Shown here one piece after another: positions 28,597 to 37,085 of a stretch of DNA of 52,032 nt (position 1 is the stretch's first letter; every line of letters begins with the position of its first letter). Where the stretch lies: IMG/VR virus record IMGVR_UViG_3300032320_001353, positions 1 to 52,032 of that record. One strand, given 5' to 3'. Position numbers and translations under genes: made by a program. The notes under the pieces were generated by a model that was given only the letters and a program-made list of their open reading frames with translations, ran no database searches and was not told the origin of the DNA. This DNA comes from a virus. Its lineage: Duplodnaviria; Caudoviricetes.

Positions 28597-28817
28597 GCTT
28601 GTCCCCTTGCTCTGATTGCATCGCCCCATGTGCCACCGCCTTCTTTAAGAATGTGGTCTACCATCTTTGCATTCGCCTCACGCTCTTTTTCTTCTACCAG
28701 TTTTGCAAAGGCTTCAAGCGATCCGTCTTTAAACCGAACCAAATACTGGTTGTGTTCTAAAGAATACGCTTCTTCAATTCCAGCCTGTTTAGCCATCTCA
28801 ATGATTTCTTGTGTCAT
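28593..28817 (-). CDS. Mosaic hypothetical protein
   Basis: IIEMAKQAG...LEAFAKLV...ERE...AIRARG. Confidence 0.65.
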   Translation of the reverse strand: MTQEIIEMAKQAGIEEAYSLEHNQYLVRFKDGSLEAFAKLVEEKEREANAKMVDHILKEGGGTWGDAIRARGQA

Positions 28818-28912
28818 AGCGGCGCATCCTCTGTGTCTGTTGGATATTTAGGCGCAGGGTTTTTTGGTTCCCTGTATGGCGGTAGTGGGTGTTGGGGGAA
28901 GGGCCAAGTCAT
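28814..28912 (-). CDS. Pro-rich micro-protein (MTWPFP..., 32 aa)
   Basis: ATGA overlaps at both ends. Confidence 0.5.
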   Translation of the reverse strand: MTWPFPQHPLPPYREPKNPAPKYPTDTEDAPL

Positions 28913-29019
28913 GCTTCTTTCTCCAGTGGTACATCACGCCATTCGCCACTCATGGCTAAATCAGCATGTGTAAATCCCTTTGATGACATTAGGGCGTGGA
29001 ATACTTCTCGTGATTTCAT
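28909..29019 (-). CDS. Chimeric micro-ORF (36 aa)
   Basis: MKSREVFHALMSSKG...GEWRDVPLEKEA*; the C-terminus is identical to that of 29422..29634. Confidence 0.5.
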   Translation of the reverse strand: MKSREVFHALMSSKGFTHADLAMSGEWRDVPLEKEA

Positions 29020-29207
29020 GTGTTGCGCTCCTTTAGTAAACGATTAACAAATTCAGCGGCCTGAATTGGGCTTATGCAAAACTGATTAACCAAAACATAA
29101 TCCTCTTCGGTCAGCTCCACCCATTCACGCTGTTTTGGCTGAGGCTGTGTTGTTCTTGCTGTACCAACATGGCAATCTTCTCCCCTTAAATAGCGGCCTA
29201 CATTCAT
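29016..29207 (-). CDS. Mosaic hypothetical protein
   Basis: REWVELT...LKERNT module. Confidence 0.55.
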   Translation of the reverse strand: MNVGRYLRGEDCHVGTARTTQPQPKQREWVELTEEDYVLVNQFCISPIQAAEFVNRLLKERNT

Positions 29208-29425
29208 GTGTTTTTCTCCTTGAGTTTGGCTTCAATGGCTTTAACCAAATCTTTTAAGTTGCCGCCTTCTTCCCAGTCAATGTCATCATCATCCGTCAGC
29301 CCTACCCATGTGCGCTGTGCTGGCTGTGCCAATCGTTCTTTGAGTCTCGCAACCTCAACTTCCAAACCCCTTATGACAATCTTGAACGCCGTAGCTTCGC
29401 AGTGTTTTTCACAAGTGTCAGTCAT
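29204..29425 (-). CDS. Mosaic hypothetical protein
   Basis: LKERLAQP, RTWVGLT and AIEAKLKEKNT modules. Confidence 0.6.
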   Translation of the reverse strand: MTDTCEKHCEATAFKIVIRGLEVEVARLKERLAQPAQRTWVGLTDDDDIDWEEGGNLKDLVKAIEAKLKEKNT

Positions 29426-29634
29426 GCTTCTTTCTCCAGTGGTACATCACGCCATTCGCCACGATTGGGCGATGGCAAAGTGTTTCCCTCTTTGTCGGTT
29501 ATGTGTACTGCCAGCACTATGTTTTTGTCCTCCCACCATTGCTGGAGGATGCGAATAGTTTTGCCTATGCCTTCGCCGTGTTCAGGTGCAGGTACTACCC
29601 GCTCAACAAAGCGCAGTTTTGGTGTTGGTGTCAT
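29422..29634 (-). CDS. Hypothetical protein
   Basis: KLRFVER...RILQQWW...GEWRDVP. Confidence 0.65.
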   Translation of the reverse strand: MTPTPKLRFVERVVPAPEHGEGIGKTIRILQQWWEDKNIVLAVHITDKEGNTLPSPNRGEWRDVPLEKEA

Positions 29635-29855
29635 CGCTTCATGCTCCTCACAAATGTTGCAAAACTCTGCACTGTGTCACGCCCAAACGGCTTAGCAAAC
29701 TTTGTTTCAAGTGCCACCGCCACCTCTTCAATGGTGTCATTGCGCTCTTTGTTCTCTACATAGCGCAAGATCTGATGCTTGCGTGACCCTTGCATTCCCC
29801 AGTCACCCTGCCTTTTGGCAAGCTCTTCGAAGGCTTCATCCTCTTCAGTTTTCAT
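29631..29855 (-). CDS. Hypothetical protein
   Basis: EDEAFEEL...RNDTIEEVA...SFATFVRSMK. Confidence 0.6.
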   Translation of the reverse strand: MKTEEDEAFEELAKRQGDWGMQGSRKHQILRYVENKERNDTIEEVAVALETKFAKPFGRDTVQSFATFVRSMKR

Positions 29856-29946
29856 ATCAATCACCAATGATGTATCACATTCACAATTAAAACAATGTCA
29901 GCTATTGCTGCCAACATCACCAACAAACAACTCATCCTCTCTTGTG

Positions 29947-30099
29947 TCATGCCGTAGCCTTAGCTGCCAGATATAAGCCAACATTCCCCAAGCTGTAGCC
30001 AATGAAGGCAATGCCTAGCCCAATGTTTCCTTTGACTAACAAGTCAACAGCCACCCCTAGATAGACCACACCAATAAAAGCAATAAGCCAAGCACTCAT
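29947..30099 (-). CDS. Small two-TM membrane protein (50 aa)
   Basis: MSAWLIAFIGVVYLGVAV...GYSLGNVGLY. Confidence 0.6.
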   Translation of the reverse strand: MSAWLIAFIGVVYLGVAVDLLVKGNIGLGIAFIGYSLGNVGLYLAAKATA

Positions 30100-30263
30100 T
30101 TTATTTTCACCTTCACTGGTTCATATTGTTTCAACACTTTATACAGCGCAGCAATTAGTTCTTCGTCTTTTACATACTTAGACGCTCCCTCTTCATACTT
30201 GAGCAGCCATGTCAGTTCATCCACCACAATGGCTTCAATAACTTCTCTTGATCGTTCTTGCAT
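30096..30263 (-). CDS. Hypothetical protein (55 aa)
   Basis: MQERSREVIEAIVVDEL; ATGA overlap with the next gene. Confidence 0.55.
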   Translation of the reverse strand: MQERSREVIEAIVVDELTWLLKYEEGASKYVKDEELIAALYKVLKQYEPVKVKIK

Positions 30264-30265
30264 AG

Positions 30266-30790
30266 TTAGTCCCACAATCCTCTGTAATATTTACCAAACA
30301 AACGAAGGCCATTGTCGGTTCGCTCTGTCTTTTCTTTCCATGAGTCTAAGCAGAATATCTCCTCATTAAGAATCTGTTTGAATGACCAAATCATTTCATC
30401 CATCACCCAGTTCCAGCGCAGGAAAGTATTAGCATCCACATCCCACTCATTCTCTTTTGGTGGTGCCGCTGTAGATCGTAGATGTGGGGGAACATCCTCA
30501 TCATCCACAAGGGGAGCACCATTATTGGTTTTCTTCAATTGCTCCAGCATTGGAACAATTATCTTTGCAAGTGTGTGATCCATTCCCCATGTGTCATAGG
30601 GATGGATGATGATGACATCCTTTGGTGTTCGCCATTTGTGTAGCTTCTCAAAGAAATGCTCAAGCCATGTGCCGTCCAGCTTAATGCTTATCTTGTCTCG
30701 CTTCTCCTCTGACACACCAACAAACCTGAGCAGGTCTACACAGTGATACAAGCCATACCAATTTGGTGCCTTCTTTAGAACAACTTTCAT
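30266..30790 (-). CDS. Conserved hypothetical phage protein
   Basis: GGAGG SD; DTWGMDHTLA...RWNWVMDEMIWSF...GLRLFGKYY..LWD. Confidence 0.75.
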   Translation of the reverse strand: MKVVLKKAPNWYGLYHCVDLLRFVGVSEEKRDKISIKLDGTWLEHFFEKLHKWRTPKDVIIIHPYDTWGMDHTLAKIIVPMLEQLKKTNNGAPLVDDEDVPPHLRSTAAPPKENEWDVDANTFLRWNWVMDEMIWSFKQILNEEIFCLDSWKEKTERTDNGLRLFGKYYRGLWD

Positions 30791-30883
30791 TCAATCCTCC
30801 ATTAAAAATAAGATGGTGATGATTACACCACTAATCACACAGCCAAGCAAGCCCAAGCCCAGCACAAGCAACACTGTCTCCAT
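30791..30883 (-). CDS. Single-TM micro-protein (30 aa)
   Basis: METVLLVLGLGLLGCVISGVIITILFLMED*; the start overlaps the recombinase stop. Confidence 0.45.
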   Translation of the reverse strand: METVLLVLGLGLLGCVISGVIITILFLMED

Positions 30884-31980
30884 CATACGAATCCCCTCAT
30901 TCTAGCTGCCACTGTAGCACCCTTCAATGTGTGTTTCAAGTAGGGAGCAACACTCTGTGGTGTGGCATGCCCTGTCATAGCCATGATGTTAGGCAATGGC
31001 ACCTCTGCCTCTATCATCTCAGTGACAGCAGTGCGTCTTAAGTCCATGAGCCTTAGCTCACTAGCTATCCCTGCCTCTTTCCTCACCTGATCAGCCACCC
31101 TAGCTAGGTTGGTCTGACTGTATGGCAATAACCCTCCCATCCTATCAGCCATGTTAGAGGGAGCAATATATTGCTGCCACCCATACTCCTCATGCTGTTG
31201 CCTAAGCATCTCTTGCAATCCTTGTGAGCTTGGCACAGATATCCTAGCCCTACGCTTGCTCTGCTCCATGCTTAATACACCAGTGTCTAGGTTGTAGTCA
31301 GACCATTTCAACAGCCTCATGTCTCCCATCCTCTGTCCCCATTCATGTGCCATCTGCACAATGAGGCCAAGGTTGCGCCATTTAAATGAGCCATAAGCCA
31401 CATCAAGGAAGGCTTTGATATCTTCCCTTGTCCACACCACTTTGCGGGGCTTGTCGCTCCTTTTAAGCACCTTGCTGAAGGGGTTGTGCTGTGTGAACCC
31501 ATGCCGTATGGCATAGTTAAACATCAAACGATAGACAGACAGGCAGTGGTTAGCTAAGCTAACACTTTTTGCTGCATGTTCTTCATACACCTTCTGGCAC
31601 ATAGGGGTGTTGATGTTAGCTATCTTTGCCCATTGCATAGGCACACCACCAACACGACTGAACAACCACACAGTGATGTAGTAATCGTAACTATCTCTGG
31701 TGGTGGGCACCAGCTTCTTATAGCTGATGCTTTCCTTGTAGCTCTTGATCAAGTCCATAACACTGGCGTTTTCTGTCAAGCTCTTGAGAGCTTTGCGCTC
31801 TGCTCTCCATTCATCAAGCACAAGGTTTAGTTCTTTGGCTCTGGTGTATGCCTTACGCCAATCCCTGCCCAATGCTTCACGCTTAACCACACCAGCATCC
31901 ACTGCATCCTGTGGTGGGTTGTACCTATAGGTGGTGTAAGTCTTGAAGTCAAGACGCATCACATACTTAGGCAAGCTCAT
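30883..31980 (-). CDS. int: Tyrosine recombinase / integrase
   Basis: GQRMGD (R), QSKR (K), MDLRR (HxxR box with His replaced by Met), TGH and PY (catalytic Tyr). Confidence 0.85.
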   Translation of the reverse strand: MSLPKYVMRLDFKTYTTYRYNPPQDAVDAGVVKREALGRDWRKAYTRAKELNLVLDEWRAERKALKSLTENASVMDLIKSYKESISYKKLVPTTRDSYDYYITVWLFSRVGGVPMQWAKIANINTPMCQKVYEEHAAKSVSLANHCLSVYRLMFNYAIRHGFTQHNPFSKVLKRSDKPRKVVWTREDIKAFLDVAYGSFKWRNLGLIVQMAHEWGQRMGDMRLLKWSDYNLDTGVLSMEQSKRRARISVPSSQGLQEMLRQQHEEYGWQQYIAPSNMADRMGGLLPYSQTNLARVADQVRKEAGIASELRLMDLRRTAVTEMIEAEVPLPNIMAMTGHATPQSVAPYLKHTLKGATVAARMRGFV

Positions 31981-32819
31981 TCATCCCCTCCCAGTTTGTA
32001 GAGCTTTTCTGCCATGTCAACAAGCTCATCTCGCTTCATCAGTTTGTCCAACCACTTGCGAGGGATGCTCTTGTATCCATACTTACGCCCTGCTAACATG
32101 CCTGTCACTGCACCTACAGTGTCGGCATCGTAGCCTTTATTCACAGCCATCACCAGTGCATCCTTGAATGTGTAGGTGTCTTCAACACACTGCCATGCTG
32201 TGTTGTAAGCATGCATGATTGACCCTTTAGCTTGCGGCCCTTGTCGAAGACTGTATTTTCTAGCCCAATCAAACTCATCAAGCTGCTTGCCAGCCATAAT
32301 CTCCGCAACAAATGCGGCGGTGTATTGAACAATCTCCGCATTGCCGTGTGTCATCAGAGACACAGCCACACTCTCAGCCACAGCTATGTTGGGGCTTGCA
32401 TGGTTGGCTAATATGACAGGGGCTAGTCGCATGATGGAGCCATTGCCGCTAGACCTAGCGGAAGTGGAGCCTTGATAGGGTTGCTCTATGCTCATGGTGG
32501 ATATAGCTGTGCTGACAGTGCGGCCTATGTCAAAGACATAATTGCGAGTGCCGAAGTATCCACTCTTTTTCCATGTCATAAAGTTGAGAGCGATTTCATC
32601 AGGGGCAAAATACTTTCGTGTGATGTAGGCATCAGAGATACATACAGCCATAGCCCCATCATCTGTCCACTCTCCCGGCTTGGTGTCATGCACACCACCG
32701 CCTGTCATCTCACTCAACACCTCAGGTATTTCATCTGTGGGAATAAATTCCAGTGGTGCGCCCAATGCATCACCAATGAACAACCCCATGTACATTCCAA
32801 TTGCTTTATCTTTGTTCAT
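31977..32819 (-). CDS. ADP-ribosylglycohydrolase (ARH/DraG family)
   Basis: IGDALG, WTDDG, GNGSIMR and YDADTVGAVTG. Confidence 0.92.
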   Translation of the reverse strand: MNKDKAIGMYMGLFIGDALGAPLEFIPTDEIPEVLSEMTGGGVHDTKPGEWTDDGAMAVCISDAYITRKYFAPDEIALNFMTWKKSGYFGTRNYVFDIGRTVSTAISTMSIEQPYQGSTSARSSGNGSIMRLAPVILANHASPNIAVAESVAVSLMTHGNAEIVQYTAAFVAEIMAGKQLDEFDWARKYSLRQGPQAKGSIMHAYNTAWQCVEDTYTFKDALVMAVNKGYDADTVGAVTGMLAGRKYGYKSIPRKWLDKLMKRDELVDMAEKLYKLGGDE

Positions 32820-32874
32820 ATATATATCTTATGTTGAGCACAGCAGCACCAGAGGTGCCGCCATGCATTGTGAT

Positions 32875-33723
32875 TTAGGCTGTTGCTTCTTCGACAATCT
32901 TGTCGGCAATGTTCCACAACTCACCATTGATGCGGATAGATTCTTTTACGCTGTTCACAGGTCGAGCCTTACGAAGCATGCCTTCTGGCACAGCGTCAGT
33001 GATGGAACGAATCATCGTCTTGCCCCGAATGACCGCCTCTTGAATGCGGTTGAACACAGTCCAAGCATCTTGGTAGTTGTCCTCATCCCGCCCCACAATG
33101 AGGGCATCCTGCACTGTCTGGGCCACGGCATAGGTGCCACGCTCTTGTCCAGTGTAGTCTTCCCAGCGGGTTGCCACAGCAGCCACAGCCATGTCCCGGC
33201 TCTGGTTGTAGGTGAGGGTGGTGCTACGCAGTTTCTCAATGCGCTCCATCAGGTTGGGAAGGCTGTTGATGGTGCTCTTGAGCATCTCCTCAAAGCCATT
33301 CAAGGCACGGCTGTGGTAGATACGGGATTGGAATCCCTCACCAGCCACAATGCCGTTGCTACAGATGAAGCGGAAGGCACCAGCAAACAACTTCACTGAA
33401 CCACTGCCATCGTGGCTGTTGTATAAGATGATTTCGGGGCGAATCATATCATCCTCATTCCACTGAGGCTTAGCGAAAGCCAACATGTGACCAGCATGCT
33501 CACCACCCATAGCCTTGCGGCTCTTACGCTGTGCCGCTTGCATTGGTTGATACCCATAGTCTTGCAACACAGGGATGATTTCGCTGGTGCTCAAAGACAC
33601 ATAGCGATTGGTGAGGTGGTCAGCCTTGGTGGTGCTGTAGACAGCAGGTGCCAACGAAGCAATGCGCTCAGCAGACAGAGCGGAATTGTTGGAGTTGCGG
33701 GAGAAGATGAGATGGTTAGCCAT
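32875..33723 (-). CDS. DUF932-family protein
   Basis: NSHDGSGS, FRFICSNG and WTVFNRIQE; start MANHLIF after an AAAGGA SD. Confidence 0.85.
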   Translation of the reverse strand: MANHLIFSRNSNNSALSAERIASLAPAVYSTTKADHLTNRYVSLSTSEIIPVLQDYGYQPMQAAQRKSRKAMGGEHAGHMLAFAKPQWNEDDMIRPEIILYNSHDGSGSVKLFAGAFRFICSNGIVAGEGFQSRIYHSRALNGFEEMLKSTINSLPNLMERIEKLRSTTLTYNQSRDMAVAAVATRWEDYTGQERGTYAVAQTVQDALIVGRDEDNYQDAWTVFNRIQEAVIRGKTMIRSITDAVPEGMLRKARPVNSVKESIRINGELWNIADKIVEEATA

Positions 33724-33765
33724 GATTGTTCCTTTAGGTGAACGATTGATGAAAACTGACAACAA

Positions 33766-33795
33766 ATTATACAAACAAAAAAAAGGAGCTGTCAA
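33766..33795 (-). promoter_or_regulatory. Consensus sigma70 promoter
   Basis: TTGACA-N18-TATAAT. Confidence 0.8.
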
Positions 33796-33800
33796 CTCCT
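33777..33800 (-). terminator. Intrinsic terminator overlapping the promoter -35 box
   Basis: AGGAGTT-GAC-AGCTCCT hairpin followed by a T-run, 9 nt after a stop codon. Confidence 0.6.
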
Positions 33801-33809
33801 ATTATGTAG

Positions 33810-34010
33810 CTACGCTACAACATTCCTGACAAAATTTGTCGGAATTGGTTTAGCTGGTTTGTTCCTTGCCCAAAGCAGGGACACCTTACCAACATGCAAC
33901 ACATTGAAACACTCACCTCTGATGAGTTCAATGGGCCTGCTCTTTTTGACACGCTTACGAATGAGGTAGGCTCTGCCAAACAAACTGAAACGCTTCTCAA
34001 AATATTTCAT
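33810..34010 (-). CDS. Basic hypothetical protein
   Basis: MKYFEKRF start after AAGGAAACCAA. Confidence 0.6.
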   Translation of the reverse strand: MKYFEKRFSLFGRAYLIRKRVKKSRPIELIRGECFNVLHVGKVSLLWARNKPAKPIPTNFVRNVVA

Positions 34011-34456
34011 TTGGTTTCCTTGTAGAAAATATGGTTGTTTATTATAACAACTTTCCTCATGGCCTTGGCCCATTTAGGCTTCACATGGGTGGCATGATAG
34101 TGGGTGGCACCTTGTGTCACATCTATTAGCTTACCAGACAGAGCCTTGCCAGCAACAACGAAGATGTTGTGCAGGTTGTCATTGCTTGCTATGGGCTTGG
34201 GCCTCTGTGTCCATGAGAATTGTTTATGTTTATAAACAACATCACAAACATCCTGCCCTGTTGCCGTTGCCCTGTTCATTACAACAGATGCCACAGCAGA
34301 CAAGCCTAGCACACCCTCACCCCTCGCCTCATGGTAGAGATTATCCACCATGCATTTAAACTCAGCAGTGGAATAGGCGGTGGGTGGTGGCGGGGTGTCT
34401 ATGGAAGAAGCTATCAGCATAGCCATCCCGATAGCTATTTTCAATTGTGTTGTCAT
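34007..34456 (-). CDS. SleB-like cell wall hydrolase (Hydrolase_2)
   Basis: NLYHEARGE, VVMNR, QFSW, GATHYHA and HIFY; N-terminal signal-like segment. Confidence 0.9.
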   Translation of the reverse strand: MTTQLKIAIGMAMLIASSIDTPPPPTAYSTAEFKCMVDNLYHEARGEGVLGLSAVASVVMNRATATGQDVCDVVYKHKQFSWTQRPKPIASNDNLHNIFVVAGKALSGKLIDVTQGATHYHATHVKPKWAKAMRKVVIINNHIFYKETK

Positions 34457-34457
34457 G

Positions 34458-34889
34458 TTAGTCAAACTTATAAACACACATCAATCTTTTCCCTGCCTTG
34501 TTAGCAAATAAATCAATGACAGCACCATCACACACAGCCAGAGCATGCCCCCTGACAACGACAATGTACTTGCCTTTTATATATTCATTGATGAAAGTTC
34601 TTAATGTGATGCTTTTGTTATAATGATTTACATTAAATCTGCAAGCCATTTTTGCTGTATTACTGCCGTAATAGGTAGCTTCCTTGGCACCAGTTGCCAT
34701 GTAAACAGAGTGCAGAGTGGCCCAAGGGGTGCCTCTGTTGCGCTTCCTACCTGCATCTTCCATCAACTTGTGGGCTTCTGGGTAAGAGAATGCAGACACA
34801 TTAGCCAGTGCCCTCACGGCACAATCTGCACTGTCTTTGATACCGAATTGTTCAGCAGTTGCACCAAGTTTAGCGAAGGGTATTCTCAT
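34458..34889 (-). CDS. Hypothetical protein with DCAVRA...GHALAV..DG (possible papain-like Cys/His pair)
   Basis: Start set by the SD cassette at 34894. Confidence 0.65.
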   Translation of the reverse strand: MRIPFAKLGATAEQFGIKDSADCAVRALANVSAFSYPEAHKLMEDAGRKRNRGTPWATLHSVYMATGAKEATYYGSNTAKMACRFNVNHYNKSITLRTFINEYIKGKYIVVVRGHALAVCDGAVIDLFANKAGKRLMCVYKFD

Positions 34890-34900
34890 TTTGTTTCCTT

Positions 34901-35215
34901 TCAGGAATATGTTTTTAAAATGATGGCAAGATGCCACCGCTTGAGTGACTCATGTAGATGTTCAAGAGCTTGCTCTTTACTACCAAAACATCGAAAGTTT
35001 CCATCCTCATCTATCCACTCATCGCCTTGATCTAGGTATAGAACATACTCCCCATCACCTATGTGCCTAGCCACCCAATCCTCTCGACTTGTATATCCCC
35101 AATCAAAATAAATTTCCCGCACAATTTTCTTAGCCTCGCTGTCACTCAGCCCAACCAGCCTACCAATTTCATTGGGGTGCCACTCTTCAAGTAGCTGTTC
35201 GATTTGCTGTTTCAT
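34901..35215 (-). CDS. Hypothetical early protein
   Basis: SD cassette upstream; the stop lies in the next cassette. Confidence 0.65.
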   Translation of the reverse strand: MKQQIEQLLEEWHPNEIGRLVGLSDSEAKKIVREIYFDWGYTSREDWVARHIGDGEYVLYLDQGDEWIDEDGNFRCFGSKEQALEHLHESLKRWHLAIILKTYS

Positions 35216-35435
35216 TTTGTTTCCTTGGGGAAAGATAAAGTTTATCTAACATGGCATCTCGCTCACAATTAAGCTTGATGATGTAGACAGTGTTGGCCCA
35301 GCCCTCCCTCATATTCATTTGAATATCAAGGGTGGCATCGATGTCAGCAATGGCTTGCTTGCATTGAGCCGGGGTGTAATGCTTTGCTTTGTTGGCAAAA
35401 CATTTCATCATGTCAGTGTAGGAGCATGTGTTCAT
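35187..35435 (-). CDS. Hypothetical early protein
   Basis: 82 aa; coupled to the upstream stop. Confidence 0.55.
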   Translation of the reverse strand: MNTCSYTDMMKCFANKAKHYTPAQCKQAIADIDATLDIQMNMREGWANTVYIIKLNCERDAMLDKLYLSPRKQNETANRTAT

Positions 35436-35695
35436 ACTGCATAACTTTCATAAGATCTAATCTTGCTTTGTTTGTTTGTAGATTTCTCTACAAATTTAAC
35501 CCTCACATCCAGAGCATAGAGAGTTTGTACCAACAAGGACAGGTCACAATCTTCTTCAAGATAAACATTGTCCTTGTATTGGTAGCTGTAGGCAGACACC
35601 TTGTCAACCAACCCAAGGTTGGACAACACCTGTCTCTTCACCTTGCCCCAACCATGACCGGGGTCATTGTAGACAATGATGGTGAATGTTTTCAT
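35432..35695 (-). CDS. Conserved hypothetical early protein
   Basis: DPGHGW...SAYSY...YLEEDCD. Confidence 0.7.
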   Translation of the reverse strand: MKTFTIIVYNDPGHGWGKVKRQVLSNLGLVDKVSAYSYQYKDNVYLEEDCDLSLLVQTLYALDVRVKFVEKSTNKQSKIRSYESYAV

Positions 35696-35889
35696 TTGAT
35701 TTCCTCAAGATAGTTTTTGTACGCATCCTCAAGCCGTGATCGAAGGGTGTAGTAGTTGGCATCAGTGAGAGCCGCAAAGAACACATCCATGAGGGTTTCA
35801 CGGCCCCATCCACATTGCTTTGCAATGTCTGCGCCAAGCTCTTCTACATCTGTCTTATCATCTTCGATGTTTATTATGTTTTGATTCAT
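35692..35889 (-). CDS. Hypothetical early protein
   Basis: AALTDANY; ATGA overlaps. Confidence 0.6.
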   Translation of the reverse strand: MNQNIINIEDDKTDVEELGADIAKQCGWGRETLMDVFFAALTDANYYTLRSRLEDAYKNYLEEIK

Positions 35890-36089
35890 GCTGTTATCCC
35901 CTCATATTCATACACATAATCCATCATCAAACGCAATGCTTCCCTGATGTCTTCAACACCCTTGAACACAGTGCGTCCCTTTAGGAAGCTCTCTTCCTTG
36001 TACAGGTAGTAGGTGTCATCCTCATCCTTACACAGTTGGTAAGAATAATCCAAGTCATCATCTTCGATGTTAACAATTACCATGCTCAT
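35886..36089 (-). CDS. Hypothetical early protein
   Basis: 67 aa, acidic. Confidence 0.55.
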   Translation of the reverse strand: MSMVIVNIEDDDLDYSYQLCKDEDDTYYLYKEESFLKGRTVFKGVEDIREALRLMMDYVYEYEGITA

Positions 36090-36101
36090 GTCATTACCCC
36101 T

Positions 36102-36488
36102 TTACCACCAGCAGTCATAAAACACAGCCTTGCCTTCGGCAATGGCCTCTCTTGCCTTCGCTATGAAGACAGGCACACTCTCCAGATCTTCGGGATAGAT
36201 GGTTTGCTGTCCAAAGAAGAACCCATTCACAGGCACCAGCTTGTTGTTGCCAGTGTCCATCTCTAGCCTGTCTAGATCTTCTAGAGTTAAGCGGACAGAA
36301 GTGCAGTTGAATTCCCCTCTGACACCTAGCTTCAAGCGATAGAGGTCTTCCATCCAACCATGCAGAGCATTGAATTTACGCCAGTAAAAAAGCTCTGTCC
36401 TTTCCCGATCAGCATCAGGCTGATAATCAACTTCGTTGTCTCCTGCCCACTCTTGTGGCACAGTGAATGCATACATATCTAGTCCCAT
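36102..36488 (-). CDS. Conserved hypothetical early protein
   Basis: MGLDMY...YWRKFNALHGW...GFFFG...YDCWW. Confidence 0.75.
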   Translation of the reverse strand: MGLDMYAFTVPQEWAGDNEVDYQPDADRERTELFYWRKFNALHGWMEDLYRLKLGVRGEFNCTSVRLTLEDLDRLEMDTGNNKLVPVNGFFFGQQTIYPEDLESVPVFIAKAREAIAEGKAVFYDCWW

Positions 36489-36511
36489 GATGTTTCCTTT
36501 TAGAATAAAAT

Positions 36512-36904
36512 TTACATTGACCAAGCATAAATGCTAGCCTTACGGCTGGCAGGGTCAACAAACAAACCAGCACACCAAGCTTTGTCCACCTCACTCTCAT
36601 CCTCTTTGTATACAAAAGATGTATATTTGTAGGGGTTGTAGGTGACAAGCTCACCTCGCTCTTTCACAGATGACAAGGTGCCATGCTTGTCGCCGCTGTC
36701 ATACCAAGTGCCACATACACCAGCATGTACATTCTTGCGCTTCTCTCGCAAGACACGCTCTCTACCAGCTTGTGACACCTTGAAGGTGGTGTGGAAGAGC
36801 AACACATTGTCACGATGGGCAATGACACGCCCCTTCATGGCACCTTCAAGAGCTTTAATGCTAAAGCATTTTTTATGGAGATTGAAATAGACAAACACTT
36901 TCAT
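36512..36904 (-). CDS. Conserved hypothetical early protein
   Basis: VYFNLHK...GRERVLREKRKNVHA...YNPYK. Confidence 0.75.
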   Translation of the reverse strand: MKVFVYFNLHKKCFSIKALEGAMKGRVIAHRDNVLLFHTTFKVSQAGRERVLREKRKNVHAGVCGTWYDSGDKHGTLSSVKERGELVTYNPYKYTSFVYKEDESEVDKAWCAGLFVDPASRKASIYAWSM

Positions 36905-36915
36905 TTTGTTTCCTT

Positions 36916-37074
36916 TCAGGAAAGATGTTTAACAATTTTCTTTGCTCTCTTTGTCCAATCGGACAAGAGCAATTTCTTTAACTGTGCTACTGACTTGCCT
37001 GTCATTAGCGATAACTCTTTAAGAGTTAAGTTTAAGTGAGTGTCGTAGTAATGAATGATGTCATCATCGGTCAT
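36916..37074 (-). CDS. Small HTH-like protein (52 aa)
   Basis: MTDDDIIHYYD...TLKELSLMTGKSVAQLKKLL; bounded by two SD cassettes. Confidence 0.65.
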   Translation of the reverse strand: MTDDDIIHYYDTHLNLTLKELSLMTGKSVAQLKKLLLSDWTKRAKKIVKHLS

Positions 37075-37085
37075 TTTGTTTCCTT

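Larger units (their letters stand above)
28907..29462. repeat. Exact 43-bp direct repeat (28907-28949 and 29420-29462)
   Basis: AGTCATGCTTCTTTCTCCAGTGGTACATCACGCCATTCGCCAC occurs twice. Confidence 0.95.

Noticed and set aside
32680-33399. 239-aa plus-strand ORF, and similar antisense ORFs over polA, primase and nrdJ
   Set aside because: These lie opposite well-supported genes, with no SD or recognisable motifs.
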